A stretch of DNA of 64,000 nt from Harriotta raleighana (taxonomy: Eukaryota): positions 9,550,312 to 9,614,311 of the forward strand of contig JBNZDD010013729.1 in assembly GCA_050575255.1 (NCBI GenBank). The letters are read 5' to 3'. Of this stretch, positions 25,373 to 38,812 are shown piece by piece. Each line of letters starts with the position of its first letter. Within the stretch, counting starts at the first letter, position 1. The notes beneath the pieces were generated by a model that saw only the letters and a program-made list of their open reading frames with translations, was not told where the DNA came from and did no database searches. The position numbers were made by a program, and so were the translations under genes.

Positions 25373-26936
25373 ACTTTACATTTATATTCTGTGAAGCGCA
25401 CTGAGATATCCAGAAGACATGATAATGCGAGGGTTATTAGTATTATTATTATTATTTGCTGTATTTTCTATGAAGTGAGATAGCTACAGCCTCTTAGGAC
25501 TCATTTCCACAATTCCGTTACACATTCATCTTCTCGTGTGGAAGCATCGGAATCAACTTTCGTTAATTTCTGGCAGATTTGCAAAGGGAAACAGAGCAAT
25601 GCCATGTACAGTACGTCCCACAGGAGCAATGCAGAAAGTTTCTACTATGGTTGAGTCCCTGTTTATAGAGGCATTTATTTATAACAGAAATCTCAAATTA
25701 CCACAGATCTTCGTCTCATACGGCAACCCAGATCCGAATTATTTAGAGTGCTTCTCTGTCACGGCTCATTATAACATAATTCTCTATTGAGTTTGATATT
25801 CAATCATCTCTCAATCCTTTCCCACAAAGCAAGATGGATCATAGTTTTGTTCTATTTTATTCTGAACGGCTGCCTACAGAAAGTGGGAAATTAAGAGATT
25901 GCAATGTGAGCGTGAGATGGAATAATATTTCATGTTCAGCGCGAAAGATTAAAAATGTCTGAAGCTAAATGTTTCATTTCCGTGGGGGGGAAATTCATAT
26001 TTCAAAGGTGATACCACAAAATATTTTACGTCCACAAAATACAGTCAATTCACTTTACAGTACATTCTGGAAAGCACTTTGAGACATCTAGAAGGCCTGA
26101 TAAGGAGCTACATCAAATGCAAGGATTCTTCTTATTATTTTTCATTATAATACAATACAAATTGACATTTATATTGCGCCTTTCATGTTGGGGAAGGTGT
26201 CCCAAAGTGCTTAACAGTACTGCCTGGACAAACAATTTAATCTGACTGATTAGGCCAATTTAACTGATTACATTTTAATGCTTGTTCCTTTATTGTGCGA
26301 GATACCTCTGAGATTCACAGGAAATGAAGATAAATGAAGAGATAGTATTTCTGTTGACGGGAAATCTAGATTTTAACAACAAGGAGATGATAGGAGGAAG
26401 AGGAGCCAGGAGAAAATGAAAGGAAAGCCTCGACTAAAGATCAGTTAAGAGGTAATATGATAGGCTTTCATTACAGCAGTAAGTTAGAAGGTTACAGTAA
26501 GCGTGGGGGAGGTGGGGGGGGCGAAGAAAAATAACTGTCTCCAATGAGAAACTGCATGAAGATGTTCTGACAATTAATATTTCAACACAGCAAATGAAGG
26601 TATCACTTAAAGGAGTGAAATCCATCATTTTATCTATATCGTGTTTAACATTAATATCACCGGGCCCTGCTGTATGGAACATGCGCTTTTGAAAATGAAA
26701 CCCCCTCTTCTCTCCCCATCACCAGAAAATATACATCAGATCCTAAGCCGACAAGTAAACAGTAAATAGTATAACTGCACTGCCCAGCCCCATAGCCATG
26801 GAGGTAAATAAAACAATTTTACTGGCTCTTGCTGACCTTGTGGAAAGGCATTGGAATAAAGGTAAATTCTTTCACTGTGTTTTGCAAGACAGGCATTGTG
26901 AAATATTCTTGCACCAAATGTTTTCTTCCTATTTGT

Positions 26937-27233
26937 GGAGTCCTGTAGCTCAGTGGGTAGAGCACTCGCCTTACAAGCGAGAAATCTGGGTCCGAATCCA
27001 GGCAGATCAAGGCGAAACCTTGGGCAAGTTTCCTTACTCCACAGCCTGATAATAATCCCTCAAAAAAAAATTAAATTGGGTATTTCAGTCCATGATTGTG
27101 AGATGCTGCTGTGGGCAATTGGCGTTTCGCCTACAAAATATAGTCAATTCACTTTACAATATATTCTGTGAAGCGCTTTGAGACGTCTAGAAGAACTGAA
27201 AAGCACTATATCAAATGCCAGGAATATTATTAT
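26937..27233 (+). mobile_element. Full-length SINE
   Basis: ggagtcctgtagctcagtgggtagagcactcgccttacaagcg head (tRNA-Val(TAC)-like arm), core and tail. Confidence 0.9.
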
Positions 27234-27532
27234 CTAACCTGCAGGCACAGGAAAGTATCACTAGGGGACAGCCATGCACTGCTCCTTTTATTCACACACT
27301 TGGAAAAAGAAACGCATTTGGAAATGTAAATAGGTCACATCTTCTCAATACCCGGTGATTTATCTGATCCGACACAAGATTTTTGCTTAATAAATTTGCA
27401 ACAAGAGAAAATTAATCATTTGAAATATAACTTCGAACACCTGCTACACACACGCCTCATTAAAATCCGATCGATTAGAAAATCGCTAATGTTTCGTTTG
27501 ACAACAGGACAAAATCTATTTGAGTTGGGGGT

Positions 27533-27645
27533 TGTGTGTGTGTGCGAGTGAGTGTGTGTGAGTGTGTGTGTTTGAGTGTGTGTGCATTTGAGTGTGTGTG
27601 AGAGTATGTTTGAATGTGTGTGTGTGAGAGTGTGTATGTTTGTGC
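27533..27645. repeat. Degenerate (TG)n microsatellite
   Basis: Direct inspection. Confidence 0.85.
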
Positions 27646-27984
27646 AGAAACACCCCAATCTATTTGGCTCTAATAAAATTTAACAATTTGATACTGGTCG
27701 GTCCATTTGTAAGTGAATTGTAATATAGGTGGATATGGATTAGGTGACAATCAACACTAGGATAAGTGTTAATCCCTGTATCTGCTTTTAGAGCAAAAGT
27801 ATCACATACTTACTTTGAAAGACATTAATTGTTTTTAACATTAAACTGACAGGCGTCTCACACACATCCTTCAAATCTCTGCACCTTCTCTGGTGGAAAT
27901 AAAACAGAACTTCAGGCTGATCTTTTTCTCCTCTTGGGCCACATTTTACAGTGCTCTAACCACCGAGCTACAGCTTCTGCACTA

Positions 27985-28272
27985 AGCGGTTAGAACACTC
28001 GCCTTGCAAGCATGAGACCTGTGTTCGAATCCAGGCAGATAGGGCGAAACCGTGGTCAAGTTTCCTTACTCCACACACCTAATAATAAAAAAAATTGTTC
28101 ATTTCAATCCACGACTGCTTGTGGGGACGCTGCTGTGCTCAATTGGCTGCCGCATTTCGCCCACAAATATACAGTCAATTCACTTTACAGTATATTCTGT
28201 GAAGCGCCTTGAGATGTCGATAAGATGTGAAAAGCGCACTATATCAAATGCAAGGATTATTATTATTATTAT
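27985..28272 (+). mobile_element. Near full-length SINE
   Basis: B box gttcgaatcc, core and tail with (ATT)n. Confidence 0.88.
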
Positions 28273-29375
28273 CTTGCAGCTAATCAGTGATTTGTTTTTG
28301 AACTTCAAGTGGGAAATCAATTTGATCTTAACACCTTCTCACTGAGAACCTGTAAGAAATATCCACTTTTATCTTCTCACCCTGGTTTGGGGGCACAGAG
28401 ACAGGAGATCAGAGCTCAGAAGAAAAGTTAATGGGCCAGTCGGTGGTCTTAGAAAATGCCTGAGACCTTAATACTATCACCCTAGATCTTTGTGCACTTG
28501 GAGCAGCCCGGTAAAGCCACATCTCTGAAGAGGATTGTTGGCCTGGTTCAGTATCAGAAGGTTGTGAGTTCAAATCCCACAATCAAAACAAACCTATCCC
28601 TTCAATCACTTGTTCTGTTGTTCAATACAAAACAGGTTATCATGATCCACATTATCTTACAGCTAATTGAGTAATTGAACATCTCGTAATTACACCAGCA
28701 ACTACAGTAATTTTGTTTTCGCTGGGACAAAAATGTCGATATTTTCAGCAAGTACTGGATTTGAGTGTTGGCTGTTGTTGTCTGTATCTATGTTGCTATG
28801 GTTACCATTTGGGTGATTCTTTTCACATCTGATGCAGTGGGAAGTGAAGTATGTTGTAAACAACACAAACACTACCAAAGTGAATATTTAATTGTTTAAT
28901 ATTTTTTCTGTGTGTATATGTGCGCGTGTGTGTATGTGTGTGTGTGAGTCTTACTCAATGATTGTTGGGAGATATGTTGACTAAGAGATCTTAGCCCCCA
29001 TAAAATTATGGCATTATTGCTATTGTCAAGATAAAAAGTTACAGTTTACACTATTATCTATTTGATGAAAAGAAATATAATTTAGGACAATGTTATCTTT
29101 CAGAGCATTTGTTCAGTGTCCAGACTATAGCACAGAGTGAAGCCATAACAGCCATCAGCTATCAAAGAGAAACTGTGGTAACTCTTGGTGACTCGTCTAA
29201 AACACATGAAAGTATTTGTGGCCTTCGACAAATTGAAAGAAACAAGATAATCATTACACCAAAGTGCATGGAATTCAAGGTTCACTCCCACCAGCTCGTC
29301 CTCCGTCAAAGGCCTAAAGGTTTATGTGTGATGGAAGCCAAGTAGTCTGAGGGAGCTGGTGAATACAGAGTGGAN

Positions 29376-29847
29376 TCTTAGAAAATGCCTGAGACCTTAA
29401 TACTATCACCCTGGATCTTTGTGCGCTTGGAGCAGCCCGGTAAAGCCACATCTCTGAAGAGGATTGTCGGCCTGGTTCAGTATCAGAAGGTTGTGAGTTC
29501 AAATCCCACAATCAAAACAAACCTATCCCTTCAATCACTTGTTCTGTTGTTCAATACAAAACAGGTTATCATGATCCACATTATCTTACAGCTAATTGAG
29601 TAATTGAACATCTCGTAATTACACCAGCAACTACAGTAATTTTGTTTTCGCTGGGACAAAAATGTCGATATTTTCAGCAAGTACTGGATTTGAGTGTTGG
29701 CTGTTGTTGTCTGTATCTATGTTGCTATGGTTACCATTTGGGTGATTCTTTTCACATCTGATGCAGTGGGAAGTGAAGTATGTTGTAAACAACACAAACA
29801 CTACCAAAGTGAATATTTAATTGTTTAATATTTTTTCTGTGTGTATA
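29376..29847 (+). repeat. 472 bp near-identical copy of 28447-28918, bounded by single Ns (likely haplotig or assembly artefact)
   Basis: N at 29375 and 29848. Only about three substitutions seen relative to the first copy. Confidence 0.85.
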
Positions 29848-31629
29848 NACTCCTGCTGCAGAGCTCGGAGTGTTGCCGGCTGAGCTGGGCTGACACCCGC
29901 AGTTAGTCTGGCCTCACAGTCAGACTCGCAAGTTGTGATTTGAAGGGAAACATTGTGAGGCCGACTTGTCAGCCCAGAAAGCAACAGTCATCATCACCCA
30001 CCGACCAGGCAGTCAGATCAACCAGTGTTAGCTGATTAGTGTTTGTCAATGTTCTGAATGAATTGTTGGTGTGGGGCGAGGAGTGTGAGGATCGAGGCGG
30101 GAGTCCCTCTGTTACCCTGAGGGAAGCTTCCACACTTCACTGGTTCTAAATCATTTCCTGGCTGATGGCGAGGCTCTAGCTCTAACTCATCCCGGAGGCA
30201 AAGATCTGCACAAACATGGTATTGATATGTACCGTGTTCAATGCAGAAACAGAACGACGCATGTGAACAGCGGTACAAATCAATGTCATCAGGTATTGCA
30301 ACTGATCGTTAGCAAGCCGGCCGTCTTTAATCTTAACGTTGTTCAATTGACTCCGACACGCTGCCCGGCGTGGAGGGCGTCATAGAAAGGAAAGTGGTTG
30401 TTGCTGTTGTTGCTGGACCTTTGAACATTAGGTTTGAAGAACCAACAGCCATCATAGTAATAATAATACTAATGCCTCAAGAGAAAAAATAAGAATTTGG
30501 TCACTTCAATCTTTGTGTGAGCAATTGGCTGCCGCGTTTCGCCCACAAAATACATTTTCAGCTCCTGTGAAGCGCTTTGAGAGGTCTCGAAGGCAAGATA
30601 AGGCGCTGTGTCAAATGCAAGGATTATTATTATTATAGTTACTGTGGAAACCAGTTGTCTTCCATTGATAAAACATTACTCACTGCACACTGATTCTGGC
30701 CCTCACCCATTTTGTGTAATAAGATTTGCAAAATGCAATTTTTACTTAAAAAGGCAAAGTTCCTACCCCAGTTAGACCTTTCTTGGTTTTAATACTTAAT
30801 CCAGATATACGGCTGAAAAATCACGGAGCCTGCACAAAGGAAAGGTCGAAATTGTAAATTTGACGACAATATTTATTCTTGTATTTGATGTAGCATTTTG
30901 ATCACATCATCAAAACATCTCAAAGGATTTCCCCAGGATTCACCACCAAGTCCACTTAACAGGCAGCATTTGTTGCATTTGTAGTCAATGTTTCGCCCAC
31001 AAAATGTACACTTTTCAATTCACTTTACAGTGTATCCAGTGAAGCACTTTGAGACATCTGGAAGACACGATAAGGCACTGTATCAAATGCCAGGATTATT
31101 ATTATCATTATTATTGTTATAAATTGTTGCATCTGCCTACAAATTAAGATTCTTCATCTTAAAACATCTGAAACGTGAAAACGATGGTTTTGAGGTTAAG
31201 GGCACGGCTGCCTGTGGGCAATTTGTCTATGTCAGCAATCAATTTTTAAACTCATCTCCATTGAGGGAAAGTAAACAGATAAATAAGTTATAAGAAAGTA
31301 GGCATGCTGCGCTTTCTAAAATGATTCATTTCTCAACTGCGATATTCTTAAACAAATTAAAGATTAAAGTCGCTGCTCAGCCCCCCGTGGGCTCCCGGTG
31401 CTTGAACACACTGTCGGAGCAGTTTGTCTGTTTTAATCCTCTTAGCAGCAACACCAACAACACCACCAACACCACCACCAAAATTACACTTGTACCACGG
31501 CTTTCACGTCAGGAGGATGTGCCAAGGTGCTGGACAGGCATCAGTGAATATTTAATTACCCAGGGATTGAATAATGGGCCACTATTTAATGGGTAACCAG
31601 AGGCCAGATGGCTGGACACATTTGCGAAG

Positions 31630-31790
31630 CAGCAGATAGGACGGTAGTTTAGAGTTTCATTGAAAGGAACAGCACCTCTGACACTGCATTGGAGTGTCAG
31701 TCTAGACTGTGAGTGTCAGTCTAGACTGTGAGTGTCAGTCTAGATGGTAACTGTCAGTCTAGACTGTGAGCTCAAAGTTCTGATGCTTCA
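31630..31790 (-). mobile_element. Old DeuSINE-like remnant with an internal 19-bp tandem repeat (31692-31767)
   Basis: gcacctctgacactgcattggagtgtcagtctaga...gctcaa resembles the reversed DeuSINE 5' core. Unit gagtgtcagtctagactgt, four copies. Confidence 0.55.
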
Positions 31791-32400
31791 CTTGGTCAAC
31801 AACAACAACAACTTCGACTTATATAGTGCCCTCCACGCCGGACGGTGTCTCAGAACGCTTGGTCAGCAACTAATGACTCACCAAGAGACACTGGTTATCT
31901 TACACCAGGAACCATGGAACTGTTGGGAAAAGATTACATAACAATTTAGTAAAGTATGTTTGTCCTCGAAGTCAAACATTTGGTAGGTTTGGCCTGAGCC
32001 AGGTTAGGCCAGTTTCATTGTGTCTGACTGAGAGTGTTACTAATCTAAAAGCTACACACTGAGTGGAAGAGTGCGTAGAAGGTTCCGACTTATGTTTAGG
32101 TCAAACTCAGAGAGAGAAACGGACATTGCGCCGTTTGTGAAATATTGTGTGAAGGCAACATCAATGCTGACATCCAGAGAGTACAGATACAGACTGGAAC
32201 ACTTAATGAGCTCCTCCTAAGAGAGGCTCCTTTTGTGACAATCTTTTATTTCTTCTTCTTCCTCTGTAGCATTTCAGTCAGAGGTGGGGACAACTGGATT
32301 TACATCTGATGTTTGCATTTCTCATTATCTAACCCAAAATGAATAGGATGAAAAAAAAATCCATGCATTTGATACAGTGCTTTTTCACGTCCTTCTAGAC

Positions 32401-32708
32401 CAGCAGTTCTCAGCCAGGGGTACAAGTACCTCAGAGGGTACAAAATTTCTTCCAGGGGGTACAGGTGGGGGTACATTGATTTATTTAGCTCTTATTTAGC
32501 GTTTTATAACCTTCCAAATTATATATTTAATTGTTATTCCCCTCGTTTTGTATGTGCTAGTTATTTTGTTATATAAGAACAGCTTGGTCATAAAATGCAA
32601 GTGGACTGAGTGGGGTGGTGTGTGTGTATGTATTTGGTTGGGTGGGGGTACACGGTAATGTTGAAAATGAACAAGGGGTACATTACTGAAAAAGGTTGAG
32701 AACCACTG
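32401..32708. mobile_element. Non-autonomous hAT (Charlie/Buster-like) MITE, 308 bp
   Basis: TIRs cagcagttctcagcc ... ggttgagaaccactg. Perfect 8-bp TSD TTCTAGAC (32393-32400 and 32709-32716). Confidence 0.9.
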
Positions 32709-34914
32709 TTCTAGACTGTGTCTCAAAGCTCTTCACAGAGTGCTTCAAATAGGATAAAATAATTAGATGAATCCTGAATAATAATCCTTACATGGTCTAT
32801 TGCGCCTCTCATGTCGGGAAGAATGCGGCAGCCTTATTTGCGCAATGTTCCTGTACACCCCCACCTCCCGCAAACCTGCACTTCCCACACCCGCCCATCC
32901 TCCCACTGGAAGAATAAACAGAAGAAAAATCTGAGTTTGCAGCATGGCGTTTGAAAATTGTGCAACTAATGCAGTCTGTGTGGCAAATTGTAGGTTTGTT
33001 TTTCTGTTGCAGTTTCCTAACTGTGGAGAAAGCAAACTTTTCATAAATCTGTAACATTCAACCCAATCTAAACATTTGGACGCGGCCTTTGAACAACAAC
33101 AACAACAATACCAAACAACCAATTGGATTGATATAGAGCCTGTCAAGTTGGGAGGATTTGCATTACATCAGAATGTATATCATGTAGGATAGCTTCTAAG
33201 AGAGCAATGACCTTCGTGAAAAGTTAATTCTTAAACAGTAAACAGTAGAGTTTCAACTCTTTGCAATTAATCTATCTGAAAGGGTCATTTTTGCGTTACG
33301 TAATGCGAAATGATGGCTGTTACTGTTATTTATTTGGATGTTGAAACTATTTTGCGAGACTCAGTGGCAGAAGCTTTTGACCTCTCGAGTTCAGAAGTAA
33401 TGGGCCATTGTTGTTTCTTCAAATTGTCCTGACAATCTGCAAAGATTGTCATCGCTTTGGGGGCAAGATCCATTCCTCTGTGAGTGTCTAATGGGAGAGA
33501 AGGAGCTTCGAGATGTGGTTTCCGAACCACCTTTAATACTTCAAAAGTAATCGTTGTTCAGAAAAGGGCGAGGAGAGGTCTTGACGAGTGTTGTTTCCTC
33601 TACGTGGAGATCTCTCGTAAGTGTGAGAGGCTGACAAATAAAAGTATCTTTCAGGAGGAAGCTGTCTGAGGAGTGAATTGTTCCACACAGGGTCTTATTG
33701 AACAGTCACCTCCTCCACTTCTCCAACAGCTGCTGAGATAGTTGGCACAATTTTCTGCGCCGTGTGATTTATGACTTGCTGTAAGAGCCACTTAGCTGAT
33801 GCTCGCCAGCACTGAGTTAGAATTAAATTGAGCAAATTGAACACCAAACAGTCTAGAGGTGTGTTTGCAATTGTTACTGGCTGGTATATCCCAAAGAACA
33901 ATCATATGGGCCAAACGAAGCCTTTTAAAACATTCTATACCATTGTACGGCATGTTATAATATAATAATAATAATCGTTGCATTTGATATAGCGCTTTTA
34001 ACATCTTATCAACATCTCAAAGCAGTGCCACTGCACTCCATGCTATATTGTGCTCTGTGCTGCACTGTGCACTATGCTATAATCATAATCATTCTTGCAT
34101 TTGAGCTAGCACTTTTTTTACATCTTCTAAACGTCTCAAAGCGCTTCACAGAATGTAGTGCAAAGTGAACTGACTGTATATTTGTGGGCGAATCGTGGCA
34201 GCCGATTGCGCACAGCTGTGTCCCCACAAACAGTTGTGGATTGAAGTGACCAAATTAAAAAATATATATACTGTACACTAGGTTGAACTATGCACAATGC
34301 TGTACTGCTAACTGCTCTATATGCTAACCATTATACCTGTGGTTCCCATTGAAAACTACATCTGAACCATCTAGCCTGAATGCCCGGCCAATACACTTAC
34401 AATGGACTCCTTTGTTATGTTTAGTTGGCATATTGTCCTATGATTCACTGGGAAATTCTGTCAGCAATTTATCTGCAATGGTTTTTTAACACAGCCAGCG
34501 TGTCATCATTAGGAACATCTACCATCTGTGATTAACATGCAGTTGTGTTATGTCTGCTTTTCACGGAGTAACTGCATTCTCAGCATTTCCTCTCTTTTAC
34601 AAACTGACACTATGCACTAGGCTTTTTAAAAAAAAACTCCATTTACATTTTAAGCCATATTACTTTGCACTGGAACATGCTTTCCTTCCTCATTCATGTG
34701 GTTTCAGTGCCTTGGGACGTCCTCCCAACGTGAAAGGTACTCTTATAAATGTAATTTTGTTCTTGTTATTGTTGTATTTTGTTGTTGTTGTTGTAACTCT
34801 ACCCTCGGTGCTATTTTTAGCTCATCAGGTACAGAGTATAGCAGAGAAAAAGCAGGCAAACATCAACCCTGAGCATTACACATCAACCCTGAGCTTAAAC
34901 ACTGCTACCAATAA

Positions 34915-35215
34915 TAATGACCCTTGCATTTCATATAGCGCTTTTCATGTATTCTAGTCGTCTCAAAGTGCTTCACAGAATAGACTGTAAAGTGAATTGA
35001 TTACATGTTTGTGGGCGAAACGCGGCAGCCAATTGCGAATAGCAGCAGTGTCCCCACAAAACAGTTGTGGATTGAGTGACCAGAATTATTATTATTTTCC
35101 TGGACATATTATTATCATATTATCAGGCATGTGTGTGTTTGGAGTAACGAAACTTGACCAAGGTTTCACTCCGACCAGCCTGGAATCAAACCCAGGTCTC
35201 TTGCTTGCGAGGCGA
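34915..35215 (-). mobile_element. Near full-length SINE, followed by a short CR1-like 3' end (~35220-35250)
   Basis: Family consensus in reverse, then gccgaatggcctattcctgttccta. Confidence 0.8.
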
Positions 35216-37319
35216 GAACGGTGAAGCCGAATGGCCTATTCCTGTTCCTAATAGTCTTTAAAATCACACCTTTAGTTACACATTAGAAACGTGTGGAGTT
35301 TCTAGGGAGCTGAAGAGTAATCATTACGGTGGACGCAGTAATCATCATACTAACCTCAACACACTTGAACTTCGTGACTGCTCCTGAGTGATCCACATTA
35401 AGCTTGTGATGAGAACAAGGCAGATTGTCTTTACTGCTGGTTCATTGTTACAGTCAGCGGGAGGTACACAATCTTGCTTACGTTTTTACTCACCAAGAGA
35501 CGGAAACAGATGGTACAAACCTTTCAACAATTTCCCATCTCAAAAGTCTCCCTCTTTCAAAGTTTAAATCACAAGTCGACTGTCATTGTTGAGTTACGTG
35601 TTTCGCATCTGATTTTCACTCTCGGAATAATGAACTGACAACATGTCACCAGGCAGTGGATGGAATGGAGCGCAATGCCAGTTTAATATTACCTGCCAGT
35701 TTGGGGGAAAGCTCATAACTTGCATTGAAAACGAATAAAACTTAAATAAAGGTTAGTTTGAGATCTCTTGTTCATCACTGTACCAGTTCCCGACAGTCTA
35801 AGAGAGATACTGCAGTAATGTAGAATTTGGGTAAAATGAATGAACATTCAAGGAAAGCCAATTTCAAGTTATTATCAACGGGGCCAGTCAGGTTGCGTCT
35901 CTGACACATTCAGTCTGAGTTTCATTTAATTCAAAACGGATCATTTTGACCCGGATATAACTTCGCTGATGTTCATTGAAAGGGGCATTTTCAAGTAAAA
36001 GCAGAACACAATATGATGGAGAGGTCTATACAATAATTAAATGCAGAGGAATATGGAGGCATCAATGCGGGTGACAGCGCTGATGTAAAGCACTTCACCA
36101 TCAAACCATCTATTTAATGTCCTCTGATAAGGAGATCCCTGAAGCACACTGATACTGCTATCAACACAACACATCACCACCACTCCACCTTTACTCTGTG
36201 TTTATGTGGCTCTGTACAGAATAATCCCTGAAAAATAAAGATTGGGTTTGTTCTGCTTGTGTGAGACAATGCAAGAGAAGGATTGCTGTTGAACTACCGA
36301 CTGAGCTGTTAAATTTTGACAAGCTCTATGGTACGTTAATATAACTCACATCTTAGCGCTCAAGAGTGCAAGACTGGAAGTTGTTCTAATGGCAGGAGGG
36401 ATATTCGGAACCAAGGAGCTAAACCTGTTGTTTCTTGCTTGTTGTTGACAATATTATTAACAAATCTCCCGTCTCCTCGCCAGCTAATTAGATATGTTCA
36501 GTAGAGTTTCACATTGCACAGACTATTCTGTAAATAGCAGCAGGACTTATTATTGCTGTCATCGTTTTTCAGATATAAATTATAGTGATTGATGTGATGG
36601 CATTAAACACAAGTACACAGCCAATCTTCACATGTTAAGTAATGAGTCCCTTGTAGATGCAATCAGCTGAATATTCTGTGCCATGATACGTATCATTCAT
36701 GCACCAAAGATGACAATAATTCACGTCACAATTGTGGGTGTACAGGTTTCACATAAGAGTGCCAGATCTCATCAATAATGCAAGCCGGCTTGCAGCCTCT
36801 CCAATATAAAATTAATTACCTTTTATAATGGTAGATACGCAGGCCCATAAAGCTAGGGCAGAAACTGATAACTTCTGTAAGCAACGGCTGAGTGATTGAG
36901 TGCTTGTAGCAGCGCCAGCTGAAAGACCAGTTGAAACATGACCAACATTTGCAAATCTTCCTGTATTACTTTGCTCAGTGAACGGGAAGCAGACAAACCA
37001 AGCTCGCTTAAATAAACTTTCACTTCTTTCCCAAGTGAACTAGTCCATGTTTTCTGCGTAACCTTTGCTTCAGTTTGGGGTTTCGCTCCGCCACTGTCCA
37101 GTGCTCTGGGACGCTATCCGGTGTAAAGTGAGAGTGGCTGTGCAAATGCAAGTTGTTGTTGTTGCTTACGGTAGCAGTGATTTTAAAAAAACCAGGTATT
37201 TGTGAACTTTCTACAAGAAGCCTATCACAGTATTATCATTATACTATTTAACATGGATAATATAGATATATAATGTTGATTTAAAATCCGTTAATAATGA
37301 TTATAATAATCGTAGGTTG

Positions 37320-37885
37320 TAATAATAATCCTTGCATTTGATATAGCACTTTTCACATCTTATCGATGTCTCAAAGCACCACACAGAATATATTGAAAAG
37401 TGAATTGACTGTATATTTGTGGGCGAATAATAATCCTTGTTATGGATACCACGCTTTATCGCTTCAGCAAGATGTAATACAGCACCTTACCACGTCTCAA
37501 AGCTCTTCACAGAATGTATTTTGTGGGCAAAACACGGCAGACAATTGTGTGTCCCACAAACAGTGGTGGATTGAGTGATCACATTTTAATGGTTTTATAA
37601 TATTATTATCTCCGGAAAGCAATAATAATAATAACACTAATCCTTGAATTTGATATAGGGCTTTTTCACGTCTTCTAGATGTTTTAAAGCGCTTCACAGA
37701 ATATACTGTGAAGTGAATTGACTGTATATTTATGGAAGAAATGCGGCAGCCAATTGCGCACAGCAGCGTCCCCACAAACAGTCGTTGGATTGAAATGACC
37801 AATTTTTTTTTAGTATTGTGCTTTTTTGGGGAGGAATTATTATTAGATGTGTGTGTGGAGTGAAGGAAACTTGCCCAAAGTTTCA
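37320..37885 (-). mobile_element. Cluster of three tandem partial SINE copies
   Basis: Three successive reversed tails (aataatccttg...) at ~37325, ~37430 and ~37640. Confidence 0.8.
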
Positions 37886-38687
37886 ATGCTCCAGGATTTC
37901 AGGAGAAAGGAGAATGTGAGAGACACGACGTGTGAGAGTGCAAATTGTGAAATGCGTTTTGTTGCATCAAACACTTCCTGAAGAGGGTGTCACTTCAATA
38001 AGACAGATAACATCATTATGGCTTCTGATCTAAAGTACCCATATTTATAGTTTTTGAACCAAAAAGAATGTGTGGTGCTCTCAGCAGGTGTAGGGTCATC
38101 AATTCTGGCTGTAGAGTTTGAATGCATTTAATATTTACTCAAATAAGCAGCAACCAATCCGTGTAGAAAACATTTAACATGCTGAGTGCTTCACTGTCAT
38201 TTCACATTAAAAATGCAACGATAGACTAAAAACTATACATAAGATGATGGATAGAAAAAACAATCTGTGCCCTAAGCATAATTTCAATTCAGCATTCATC
38301 CATTAGTGTTGTTTCACAACAGGGCAAATCAAAACCTTAATACTGTACATTCATGGGAATGTAACATTCACAGCCACTGCTGCATTGGCTGTGAATTATA
38401 ATCATCCTAATAATAATCCTTGCATTTAATGTAGAGCCTTATGAGATGTGTCAAGGCGCTTCACCGAATCTACTGTGAAGTGTAGTGACTGAATATTTTG
38501 TGGGCCAGTTCTATTGTGCTTTGAGACGTCTAGAAGACGTGAAAAGCACTATATCAAATGCAAGGATTATTATTATTGTTATATTTCAGGCACATATTCT
38601 GGTTGCTGTTCAAAGCAAATTGCCCTATTCAAAGCGATTACATTGCTGCTGCACAACGACCACTCCTGTGTGCCAAAACAGTAACGG

Positions 38688-38812
38688 TGTGTGTGTCTGT
38701 GTCTCCGTGCGTCTATGTGCGTGTGTCTGTCTGTGTGTCTGTATTCGTCTGTGTGTGGATTTGGGTGTGTATGTATATGTCTATGTCTCCATGAGTGTGT
38801 GTGTGTGTGTGT
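38688..38812. repeat. Degenerate (TG)n microsatellite
   Basis: Direct inspection. Confidence 0.8.

Noticed and set aside
26937-27010. tRNA-Val(TAC)-like sequences with A and B boxes (many copies)
   Set aside because: They lack a proper acceptor stem and continue into SINE core and tail, so they are SINE heads rather than tRNA genes.
31692-31767. CRISPR-like repeat array
   Set aside because: Contiguous tandem units without unique spacers, in a eukaryotic context with no cas genes.
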